Assembly (NCBI GenBank): GCA_037447605.1
Contig: CM074807.1
Coordinates: forward strand, 2,986,327-3,050,326
Reading direction: 5' to 3'
Length of the DNA stretch: 64,000 nt
Source of the DNA: Zygnema circumcarinatum SAG 698-1b
Taxonomy: Eukaryota; Plantae; Zygnematophyceae
How positions within the stretch are numbered: the stretch's first letter is position 1; the number at the start of each line of letters is the position of its first letter. The position numbers and the translations under genes were made by a program. Shown here in pieces: positions 1 through 10,800 of this stretch. The notes below the pieces were generated by a model, which saw only the letters and a program-made list of their open reading frames with translations, ran no database searches and was not told where the DNA came from.

Positions 1-234
1 TATGCTTCAACCAACGCAGTGGAAACTGGGCACTTTCTGCTCTGAATGCTACGCTTTGCCGCACAAAGAGGCGAATTCAGCAGCCCTGGCAAGTTGGAGG
101 AAAAGAGAGCGCAGATACTCGCGTTTTGAATTTTAAAATTGAAAAGAAGACCCTCCACAGGCAAAAACAACTAGAAAGGATGTTGTCATGTACTTTCAAA
201 AGAAAGTGAGGCGAGACAAGGGCAGGCGGCTCAC

Positions 235-616
235 CAGACTTTGGTTATAAACTGCATTTTTGGAGGCTCAAACGGGTACGCGGCTGTATAAAAGAAATGA
301 AAAACTCACAGCAGTCAATCCCTGGAACGACTCTGGATAGTTACTTGTCAACCGACAGCAATTCTCGTTGCCACAAATCGAAAGTTGCGGGGAAACATAA
401 TTATGTTCATCCTTCTATTTCAGAAAGGGGAAACTTACATGGCAGTGCAATGTCAACTGAAAAAATCCCTCCTTCATATGGTGTCCCTGAAGGGCCAGTT
501 ATGGTGCCCCGCATGTGCGCAAGATTATCTCCACATATCTCCACGCTCACTCCAGAAAGTTGGCGGTCCCTGTGAATCTCTGCTAGCTCTTTCTGTACAC
601 GTGACAGGTCCAGCAT
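235..616 (-). CDS. UBC27: Ubiquitin-conjugating enzyme E2, UBC27/UBE2K-like (5' part; gene runs off the left edge)
   Basis: Exon 439-616 gives MLDLSRVQKELAEIHRDRQLSGVSVEICGDNLAHMRGTITGPSGTPYEGGIFSVDIALP. Exon 235-283 gives SAYPFEPPKMQFITKVW. Junctions are GT-AG. This matches the N-terminus of plant UBC27 (MIDFSRIQKEL...GTPYEGG...YPFEPPKMQF.TKVW). The catalytic HPN...C exon is not in the window. Confidence 0.9.
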
Positions 617-875
617 TGTGGCTTGCGAGCAGATAGCTCAGAATCTCAACCAAACGTGCACTACATGAACAGTCTTTTTCCGGCTTCTGAGAAAAAAAAA
701 AATCACCTCTGCATCGCCACCATTGCCTGCTGCATGCCCTTCAAACTCCCTCCCTCCCCTACTCCTCCATCGTTTCCTCCAGCACAATCAGCTCAAGACT
801 CTGTAAGCACCTGTGCGCTAGCCGTCCCTCATATACATATATACATACATATATCCTTCCCTAACCCCCGTCCCG

Positions 876-975
876 CCCACTGACCACTGCCCACTGCCCA
901 CTGCCCTCTGCCCACTGCCCACTGCCCACTCCCCTGCCCTGCCCTGCCCTGCCCTGCCCTGCCCTGCCCTGCCTG
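876..975. repeat. Compound simple repeat, (CCCACTG)n followed by (CCCTG)n
   Basis: Read directly upstream of the UBC start codon. Confidence 0.9.
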
Positions 976-1907
976 CTTTTCTGAGCCTGCAAGCGAGGGA
1001 GCAGCCCAGCAAGAGAGGACCCTGCAAATGGACAGTGCCCCTTCTGTGGGCGGTGTCCGTACATTCGTACACTCGTACGGTCATATGAAATGTACGGTAC
1101 AACTCCCTCGGCTCTATCGCGGCGGAGAGAGTGAGAGTTCAGTTACCGGTGGAGCGCGCTTGAAGGGGAAGGAAGGAAGGAACAAAGGAGGGCAATGGCA
1201 CATACTGACATACAGTACTTCATCCTCAAAAAAACTAAGTGTTGGGTTGTGGCGGCTTCAGGAGCTCTGCGGGCGAAAGGTTTTGGTCGTGTGTTAACTT
1301 TGCAAGGAACTTGGAATGATGTGAGCGAGCCAATGATGTTGTGGTGAAGGCACGCACCAAAGGAGCAGTTCTAGAGACAACGAGGATGGCAACTAACGGA
1401 GGGTGAAGAGAGGGCTCAACCGGTAAACCGCCATGATGGGATGGTGTTTTCTCATCACCCTCTAGTGAGGGAAACAGGTCATGAAAGCCATGTAGCGTGA
1501 GCGCCTCGTGAAACAACTTCAACGTGATTTTATCCCTCTCATTGCATTCTTTGATTTTCTTTTTCCTTGTAAGTTTTCTCTGCAATACCCACTAACACAC
1601 GCGTGCCAAACTTTCTAAGTATAGGCATGTGACCTCTGTACTTATTTGCCAGGATCACCAACTACTACCACACCCTAAAATCAGCCTTTCCTGCCGTCTA
1701 TAGTTTAAGCTCTCTCATCCAAAAATCATCAAAGGCATCTGAAGCTGTCAAACGCAGTTCTTTAAGTATGAGTGAATGCAACATGCGGAGACACTTCTTG
1801 CTTATTTTGCAGTTCTATCAGTGGACGGGAGAAGAAATTGAATCAAAGAAATATTGCAAATTTGCCTTCCAAAAGTTGCAAAGAGGAACATGAAGGTGAG
1901 GCTCTTC

Positions 1908-4179
1908 TCAGAACGGTCTTCGGTGGCCTGCCCCGAGATCGGCCGCCGGTGAATAGTTGCAAACAAAAAACTGAGCGACGCCCTTGAAGTCTCCATGATA
2001 AGGACAGAACACCTGCATCGAGAAACATACGTCTGAATGAATTCTGTAAGCGTAAATCAAGCAGAGTGAAGTATATCCATAGCTTCAGATACATTTCTGT
2101 GTTTCCTCCTACCAATCTCTTCCATTGCCTCAACTTCTTCCCTCGTTAGCTAATAGAAGCTTTGGAAATAGCTGGAGGTAAGCAAAAGGACAGAGTAATG
2201 CAGACAAACCGGAGGGGAGATGGAGATTGATAGCAGCAGTGAATGGAGTCACCCTCACCTCCCCGCAACCAATTCTGGTAGTGTTCCGCCAAACCACCTG
2301 CAGATAAGCTGCACAATTCTCATCCTTGTCTCCTACACAGTGATTCCGTGCACGATTGTATAACTCCTTCTGCTCCCACCAGCCATCATCATTCATGCTT
2401 AACAATTAGGTTGGCGACGCAAAAAGTAAGAGAAAGATGAGATACTTCGTTTGAATATAGAAAGAAGAACGCAGCCATGTTCCTGTTCTTTGCATCATAG
2501 TGCATAGACTGTTCTGCAGATTGAGCGAGCTCCTTAAATAGTCTCTTTCCCGACTTGATCAGTTAGTGCCTCCGGACAAAAATACAACAAGGAATCTCCA
2601 TGTGAGAATAAACTATTCCTTCTGACGGCTTCAATGAAAATCACCTGTTTCCTCCAATTCTCAACGGCTTCTTCCAGGGTCCATGCCTCTCGGCCATGCT
2701 CGTAAACACCCCAGAACACATTCTCTCCATATTGTTCATTATCTTCATTGAACTCGGGCGAGCAGTTCAAGTTTTGCCCGATAGAGTCTGCATGCCTTTG
2801 GGCGAACCGAGCCAGGGAGGCATCCCATGACAGCGGGGCATCGGAATAGAGCCGCTTTCTGGCCAACATCCAGCAACTGTCACTTCATCATGAAGTCATC
2901 TTGATAGTGTGAACATCGCGATTCAGGACCAACTGACATTCACCTCTTCGGCAAAATAAGGTCAAAAGTTGAAGTGTTTCAATGCAACGGAACAAACGTA
3001 AGCGATAGCTCTTGCGGTCGCTTAATGCTAAACAAAACATCTGTGAGGGTACAATTCATCGGTTCAGGCAACAGCTCAACATAACATTCAAAGAGATCGA
3101 ATTTATGGCTCCCACTAAATCCATGCATTGCTGATTTTCTTATTGTATTGAACACCCGGGAGTGCAGACTTTTCTTAGGCTTCCATCACGCATGGTAACG
3201 TACTAACCAAGGGAGCCGAGGACGGACCTCTCCTCATTGTGAGCAGAAAGCCAACGCCTAATTGATCGTTTATCGTAGTTCAATAAGCGCCTCCCAAATG
3301 GCCGATGAATATAATCTTCGTTACGCACAAACGGACTCACCTGATAACCCAATTGACTCTGCACAAGTGGCAAAATTAGCATAGCATGAGTCAAACCGTG
3401 CATGCAGCGTAGGCAAGGACAAGCGCAATAAGCAAGAATACGTCAGACCTGTGCAATGTCTGTAATCTGAAAGATACCAGCTTAGGTGGAATGGCACGAA
3501 AACAGTCTGAGCTGACATATGCAGTTTAATTTAAGCTGCGTGGAATAAAAGTTCGAAAAAAAAATCATTAAAATATCTACAAGCGCATTCTCGAAAGTGG
3601 ATGGAACTTGGTGAAAACTACCGCTATCATCCAGTCTTCTCTAATAGAGTTTATCCGGTCAACGTATTTGGAATAAGAACAAGCACAGGGTACATTAAGC
3701 TATGCCTTATCGCTCAAGCTATCACTACCGTTTGACTATTTGAGGATCAGCACCTTAATGATAGGCTGCTCACCAACACAACACTTACCAGTACTATAAG
3801 GTCCAAAAGGGCAATGACATGACATTATCACAATCAATAAGTGGCATACGCTGAATTCTCTCTAAAATGCGAGAAACGTGAACCTTAAGGTATACAGGGA
3901 ACCCACTCTGCGAATGTGCGCCCGTGTCTCAGTTGGCGTAAGTGAGCCTCGTCCTCTTACAATAGCCACAGGCAGCTGATTCGCTGACGCATCTGTACAG
4001 GATCAAGCTACTTGCAACTTGTTTGAAGAAAATTCATGAACAATGAAATGGGCATAGAAAAAACACAGAAAAGCACAATATTTTTCAAAGCAATGTTCCA
4101 GCTACGACATACCGTGAATAACCGAGCTGCAACCGCCACAGGCGAGTAAGGACAACACCAACAAACACAGTCTTCTCAT
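1908..4179 (-). CDS. Secreted CAP/SCP (PR-1-like) protein
   Basis: Exon 4113-4179 is a signal peptide (MRRLCLLVLSLLACGGCSSVIH). Exon 3228-3358 ends WLSAHNEER. Exon 2645-2858 gives KRLYSDAPLSWDASLARFAQRHA...QYGENVFWG...AVENWRKQ. Exon 2259-2369 gives KELYNRARNHC...CAAYLQVVWRNTTRIGCGE. Exon 1908-2012 gives VFCPYHG...FFVCNYSPAADLGAGHRRPF*. All CAP motifs are present. One tiny exon between 3359 and 4112 is needed to restore the frame. Confidence 0.9.
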
Positions 4180-4300
4180 TGTTGCAATGCGCAGGGGCCC
4201 TTCACTGCTGCTCTGTCATTGGCAACCAGAAGCATGAGAGCGAACTTCTTTTAAAGAAGGGCAGCCATGAGCCACCTTTGCCTGCTCCTCGTCCAGGAAG

Positions 4301-4392
4301 CCATCCATCCATCCATCCATCCATCCATCCATCCATCCATCCATCCATCCATCCATCCATCCATCCATCCATCCATCCATCCATCCATCCAT
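4301..4392. repeat. (CCAT)23 microsatellite
   Basis: Perfect tetranucleotide array in the spacer between the divergent CAP and SEC6 genes. Confidence 0.97.
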
Positions 4393-4756
4393 CCTTCCTC
4401 CGCACATGCATGCATGCATCATCGTCCTACCGTACAGCTCCGTCCGTACGATGCGGTTGTACAAGAGCACCACAAATTGATAGATCAACTTTTAATCCGT
4501 TGGTGGATCTTGACCAATTCAGAGTTAAACGGGCCGGTCTATGCAGGATGGTGATCAATGGCCGTACAATCAAAATCTGTCGCAACAGCCAATGAGATGC
4601 GCTTATTTCACACGAATTTCAAATATCTGGCGAAACTGGGACCATAGATCTGTTGTGGTCAACGCCACGGATCCACTCCAGTCAACGCCTGGTCCCGCCT
4701 GCCGCTGCGATACTCCCGCGCCGGTGACAGTGAGGGAGAGCGGGCGAGCGGGAGCG

Positions 4757-4845
4757 GGAGAGGGAGAGGGAGAGGGAGAGGGGGAGAGGGGGAGAGGGAG
4801 AGGGGGAGAGGGAGAGGGAGTTGGAGGGAGAGGGAGAGGAAGGAG
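4757..4845. repeat. (GGGAGA)n purine-rich tract in the SEC6 5' leader
   Basis: Read directly. Confidence 0.85.
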
Positions 4846-4860
4846 GAGCAGGAGGGCGCC

Positions 4861-7800
4861 ATGAACGATGCGCTCATCGAAGCGCAGGAGGCGGCGGCGC
4901 GCGAGCTCGCGAAGCTGCTGCCCTCGCCCGACCTCCTCGCCAACATTGCTGCGGTCAGGGCGGACTATGCCGCTCGCCAGCAGGTGCGCAGGAGCAGGCT
5001 TGGAAGGGCCGGGGGATGTGGGAAGTCCTCGTCCTTTGGCTCGGGTCGTAGAGGAAGATGTGGTTAGGCCTGAGCGCGTCAGACAAGCGCTAAGGATGCA
5101 ACCTGTTGCTTGTCTATGCCCTGGGAGTTCAGGATTTTCTTGTTGAATTATCTCTGAGAAGCAGGGCTCAAGCTTGCATTGTATCGCAAGAGCAGATCAC
5201 GGGCTGCGGGTCGATGTATTTAAGGGAGCCGCGCCATAGAGCGACAGAGGGATAAAGCAATGCAGCATCACTTGAGCCATAAACGAGTGCTAGGTGACAT
5301 TGGCTCTAGCTATAGAATTGCTTACAGGGTTTGGACATACTTTCTCAAGTTATCCATTTAGCATTCGTCCTGTATTGGCATCTATTGCTAGGTTTTGTGT
5401 TTCTGTATGGTGCTTAACACTGCAGTCTTTTACGAAGAATGCAACATGCTCGAGGTACTGGATGGCGGCTCAATAAGTTTTCCTCAGATGCCATTCTTCC
5501 CTTCCTGCGCATAGATTTTTTTGAGTCAATGAAACGACCTGGGCAGGGTTCGCATTGAGTATAATTAAAAAACCGCACGCTGCAAACCGCAAACCGCTGT
5601 TGTAATTAAATTTCATGTTTTGAGGTGGGTGCATGGTTGTTTTAAACTTTTAATTAGTTGTTTTACCAACTTGCAAAAGACTCACCTTATTTCAATTATT
5701 TCGCATCGAGGAGAATGTGCCCGAATTCCGTCTGACAAAAAATTACTTTTTGTATAGACGTCTTCTAATTCACGTTTCATGACACAAGGCATAGTTGGAG
5801 GTATTGCGTTTGTTCTCAGAATAAGATAGAGAAAATTGGGCAGCCTTTAACAGCAATGTTTGAGCTTCTGGCAAAACTTACAAATCCTGATTCTCAGGTC
5901 GTGCAATTGTTTAGAATAAAAATTATATTCATGCACAGTATTGCCGCGTACCCTATTGCTAGCATTGTCTTTTCGTTACTTCATTCTTACTGCAGTGTCT
6001 GAGTGGAACCATCGCTTATTGTTAAAGATTGAGCTTGCATTCGATTTCCAGCACCTCTGATTAAAACGTATTTCTTCTTCGGTTTGAGGGCTAACAGGCG
6101 AATGATGCACAGTTGAGCTCCAGTGTGACATCACAGGTGACGTCAGACCCCTTTTGCACCAGTCCCTGCAGCGAAGAAACTTCTGTTCAGGCTGCCCATA
6201 ACTTTCTTCCTTTTGAACAGCAGTGTGCAGTTTAGTTTCTTTTTAGTCCATTTTGTATTTTGTTTAACTAATTTAATTGTGTTGTTGGTACACGTGTTCA
6301 GGTGGAACATGCTCGCACTGGCATCGATGCTTTGTCAAAATCACAGGCCACCATTGTTTCTTTGCGCCAGAATTTTGTAACGATCGAAAGGTAAAAATTT
6401 CTCTCGCTCTCTCTCTCTCTCTCTTTTCAATCACAAACTGAATAAGGTTTATGCATCCGTTTAGACTTTTCAGTATAAGAGGAAGCTGTCACTGTGAGCT
6501 TACTCGTCTAGAGTTGTCTTCAGCAACAACATTCAAAAGGCATAAAGCCTGCAGAGGGAAGATAATGAAGGCTAGGTGGGACCTTGCAGGCTGTGTAAAG
6601 AATGCGATGCTTTGATCGAGAATCATGACCTTATCCAGAAGCTCAGCGTTGTGCGCAATAACCTCAATACAACGCTCAAGGTGAGAGAAGTGGCCTTTGT
6701 TGAACTGTGGAGTTAGGCATCCCCTGAACTCAAACTTCCCTCTCTCGTACTTTTCTGCGGTCTCCTGCTTTCACAGAAGGATGTATACAAGGAAGAAGGA
6801 ATGAAATAGTATTGATGCATACCAAAAGACATTGCACCTTTCTTTTTGGCTGGAAAGCTTGTGGTGCATCTCATAACATGGCTGTTGCTGTGAATTGTCA
6901 CAAAGTCTCTGCACTATTTCCAGCATCGCACCTTCATAGCAAAAGCCATGCAGCGAGAAGGGGTATCTCATGGACATTCAACTATCGCTTGCATCGTCTT
7001 GATGGCTTTAGCAACTTTTTTTTTTCATTATGGTGCTCGATTCCCAACAGCGCTTCCCTAAGTCTCCACTGTGTTCTTTGAAGAGGAACAAACTTCCTGT
7101 GTGTGTGTGTGAAACTTCTTCGTGCCTATGTTACCAACCTTTGGTCTTGATGTAACTCTCTTTTGGGGAGGCTCTCTCCTTGTGCAGGATGTAGAGGGTA
7201 TGCTATCAATCGCAGTGGAAGCTGCAGAGGCGCGGAATTCATTGGAGGAGTCAAAGGAGCTCATCAGGACGTATGAGGTGCTTTGCTACCTCCTATTAGG
7301 GGCCCTAAAGGGAGATTCTTCACTGTGAAGCGGTACAGTCCTGCTGCAGTCAGTCTCGTTCTTTATAGAGAGCCCCTCCTCAGTTTGATCGAGCATCTCA
7401 TCTGATGTTGCGGACCTCTGTAAGACCTCACAGTCTTTAGATGTGAAACAAACCCATTGTTTATAGATGGAGAGTTTTGCATCATTGTTCTCATTTTCCC
7501 TTCTCTTTGAGCAGCATTTGACTGCTTTGGAGGGCAAGCGGCGATTCGCTCTCGCTGCTGCAGCTTCTAGGCCCGAGGAAGCAGGGAAGCTGAGGTGGGA
7601 GAGGGGGGCCCTACTTGCTTTCCTGCTAGAGAGGGAGTGGATAGAGATAGTGTGCAGATGACGACTTTCCAATGTGAATCCGATAGAAGCATTGCTACTT
7701 AGTATGTTGGATTACGGGTTGAACTTTCTGGACCATGGTCTATACCACGCATGGTTCTTATTGCTCTTTGGGTAGTTTGTTAGGTGAGTAGCGGAGGGAC

Positions 7801-10800
7801 ATAAGTTTGAAGGACTTTAAATCCAGTTCAAGCTGTAACCTGAAAGCCGTTGCATAGCACTCGAATTTTGTTTACCGACCTTCCAATAGCTCCTTGGCTA
7901 GAGATATGTATCTCCTTTCATCGCATGCATCGTTAATGCCTTCAGCTGCGGTTGTTCCATTCCGTAGCCTTTCAGATCTTTCCATTATCAGAGTTCAGTT
8001 CGTGGTTTCGTTCTGGCCAATGTCTGAACCTGTTCTTGGGCTGCAGGGAATGTCTGGAGGATGTGGGCCGTACAAAGGAGATATTTGAGCAGACTCTGTG
8101 GGGATATATCGCCGACTATTTGCACCTTGCAAAGGAGAGGTTAGAGTCACTTGAACCACAATAATATTGCGATTTTGCCTGCCTGAAGCTGGATAAAGGC
8201 TTGTCAATTTCTCCCTTCCCGCGAGCTTTCCATTGTTGGCGGAGGATTAGCGTTGGGAATTGTCAAACCTTTCCAATGCTTTCGCCAGTCAAATTGAGTT
8301 TGCCAATTTGTGCTGGTATTGAATTTGGAAGATGGAAAGAGAGAGATGAGAGAGCTCCCAGTACTGATCTTGGCTGAAATCGATCGACTCTTGTAGGCCC
8401 CCTTTTGCTATGTCCTTTTCAGTCCTTGTCCTTACTTTGTTTATTGAAGGCTGCTCCTTAGAGTCAGAATGCAGTGCTGACAAAGGAAAGGATATCTGTC
8501 CTAACTTGATTCATCAGTGGGAATCTGGGGGGCATTGCAGACCTCAAACTCTAGTGCGGGCTTTGACGTGAGTGCTCTGCAACTGTATACCTTTCCTTCT
8601 TGTTGAATGCTGATATTGAATTTTGGTTGGTTGTTTGGTTGGTTTGTCCAAAAAAAAATGGGAATGGTTCCCTTTGCTTGCATCCTAACAGTCGGTAGCC
8701 CTTTGTGGGGAAAATCCATTGTTTTGTGAATGCCAAGAGGCATCTTATGCAGAAGAAGTAATCGGAAGCGTAATTCTAGTTCGTGAGCATGAATAGTTAG
8801 CAAGCTAGTTTGGTTAGCCAGGGAGAAAGAAATGATGAGTGGTTTCTGGATGCATTGGCAGAGTCGTGGAGATGCAGGAACTGTACGATGAGCAGGTGAG
8901 AGAAGAAGCGGCGGAGACCCGCAAAGGGGCGGAAGTTACATCGCCCCCAAAGAAGGGGCTCAGCTACAAAGACAAAGCTTACGAGCAGATACAAGTCGCA
9001 GCGCAAAACAGGTTCAAAAAACTCCTCACCAAGGTAAAAGCAGCTCATGGCTCCAATCTTCAATATGTTACCCATTCATGGGATCACTATGCAACTGGAT
9101 TGGCTTTTGTGTCATCTGCAAGGGTCCCTTTGATCATCTGGTCTATGTTGCTTCTATCTTTCCCTCTCCCTCTCCCTCTCCCTCTCTCTCTCCCACTGTC
9201 TTGTTGGGCTCGTTAGGGAAGCAGCAACGTTGAGTCGTTGAAAAATTGACCAATTTGTAGAACAGCGACAACAGGTGCCTCGCTCATGCTGACAATAACG
9301 AACTTTGCCGTTTTGTGCAGCTGGTCAATGAAGATATGAAATTGGCATTAGAAGAAGCAACTGCGGTAGGTGCTCCTATCATTTTACCATTTTACTTGCG
9401 AGCCAGAATCTGGTCAAATCATCTCACTTGAGATTAGTCAGAGGACTGTAAATAAAGTCTGCTTCCCTTTTTCCCACTGCCCGTGGTCTTGCCCTTCACA
9501 GCTTCTTTTAACCATGAAAGTTTTGCAGCTCTACTAAAAGCAAGTCTTATAAGCAACAATAGTCCACTGCCCTTTTTTGCAGATTTCAAGTGAGCTGGCG
9601 GATGTGTATGATTATGCAGCCCCTTGCTTTCCTCCAAGGTGAGCTTCATTTCTCGCTCCCTCCCTTTCCCCTTCTTTTTTTTTTTTGTTATTCATAACCT
9701 TTCGTACCTTGAAGTGGAGTAGCTCTCTCAGATCCGGAGTTGTGTGGTTTATTTTTCCTGACATTTTCTTGAACTAGATCAGATAAGTCTCACTCTTCCA
9801 CCACTGCCTTTTTTCTTGTTCACGTTGAGGCTGGAAAAGCCCGATGTAAAGCATAGTCTGACACTTGACTATGGCTGCAATTTGCTGTAGGTATGAACTG
9901 TTCAAGTATGTTGTACAGCTATACACGAGCCATTTTGTGGAGATGCTCCAGAAGTTTGGGAATCGGGCGGCAGATATTGACAATTCAGACATCCTACAGG
10001 TGTGCCTGCAGACATTCCCTTAGTGCTCGAAACGCCCCTTATTCTTCATTTTCTCTTCTCTATCTCTAACCCTGCGCAAACCATTCTTTGAGCTCCTATA
10101 GATACTCGTTTTCGCCTTCTTTACTGTGTTTTTGACCTTTTCGAATGATCTCTTTGTGCTTTGGCAGCTGATGGGATGGCTAAATAAGACCGAAGATCAG
10201 ATGATAGAGTTGGGAGTGGAGGAGTCAGTAGCTACTGCTCCTGCAGAGAGTGGGGCTTTGGAACCGCTCATAGAGGAATACGTGAAGCGGATGTCGACCA
10301 GTATGAGGGTGCGTCCAACTCCCTATAGCCACACTCTTCCTTGTCCTTTTCATTGCTACTTATTTCCCAATGTGTTTACACTCCGTGTATCCTCCCACAA
10401 CTCATCTGACCTCCCTAGTGGTTCTCATTCAGCCCTTGAATCTGTACTTCTTTTTTGCGTGTGTTATAGTTTTGGTTGGCCAAGTCTTGGTCAACTCCAT
10501 TGCGAAAGAGAGAGAGAGAGACAGAGAGAGAGAGAGCGAGAGAGAGAGAGAGTTGTTCCCTAACTGGTTTGCGAGGCCGGTGCTGCAGACGTGGCTTATC
10601 AACATGTTGGAGCGAGACAAGGTGAGCGATTGCCCAGCCCCAAACTTCTCATTCTTCATACGTTTCTATTCTCCACCCAGACTCTATCCTTCGACAACCA
10701 TCACCGACTGTTACTTGCACGTGTTTCCCTTTCCAACATAGCCATCATGTTCTGCAGCCACTCCTTAGTTCAAAGCCTTTCATAACGCCACATTGTGCCC

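Noticed and set aside
1235-1585. 116-aa minus-strand ORF downstream of the CAP gene
   Set aside because: No homology is recognisable and it has a non-ATG start; probably 3' UTR or intergenic.
4179-4595. ORFs encoding (IHPS)n, (MDGW)n and similar
   Set aside because: These are translations of the (CCAT)23 microsatellite.
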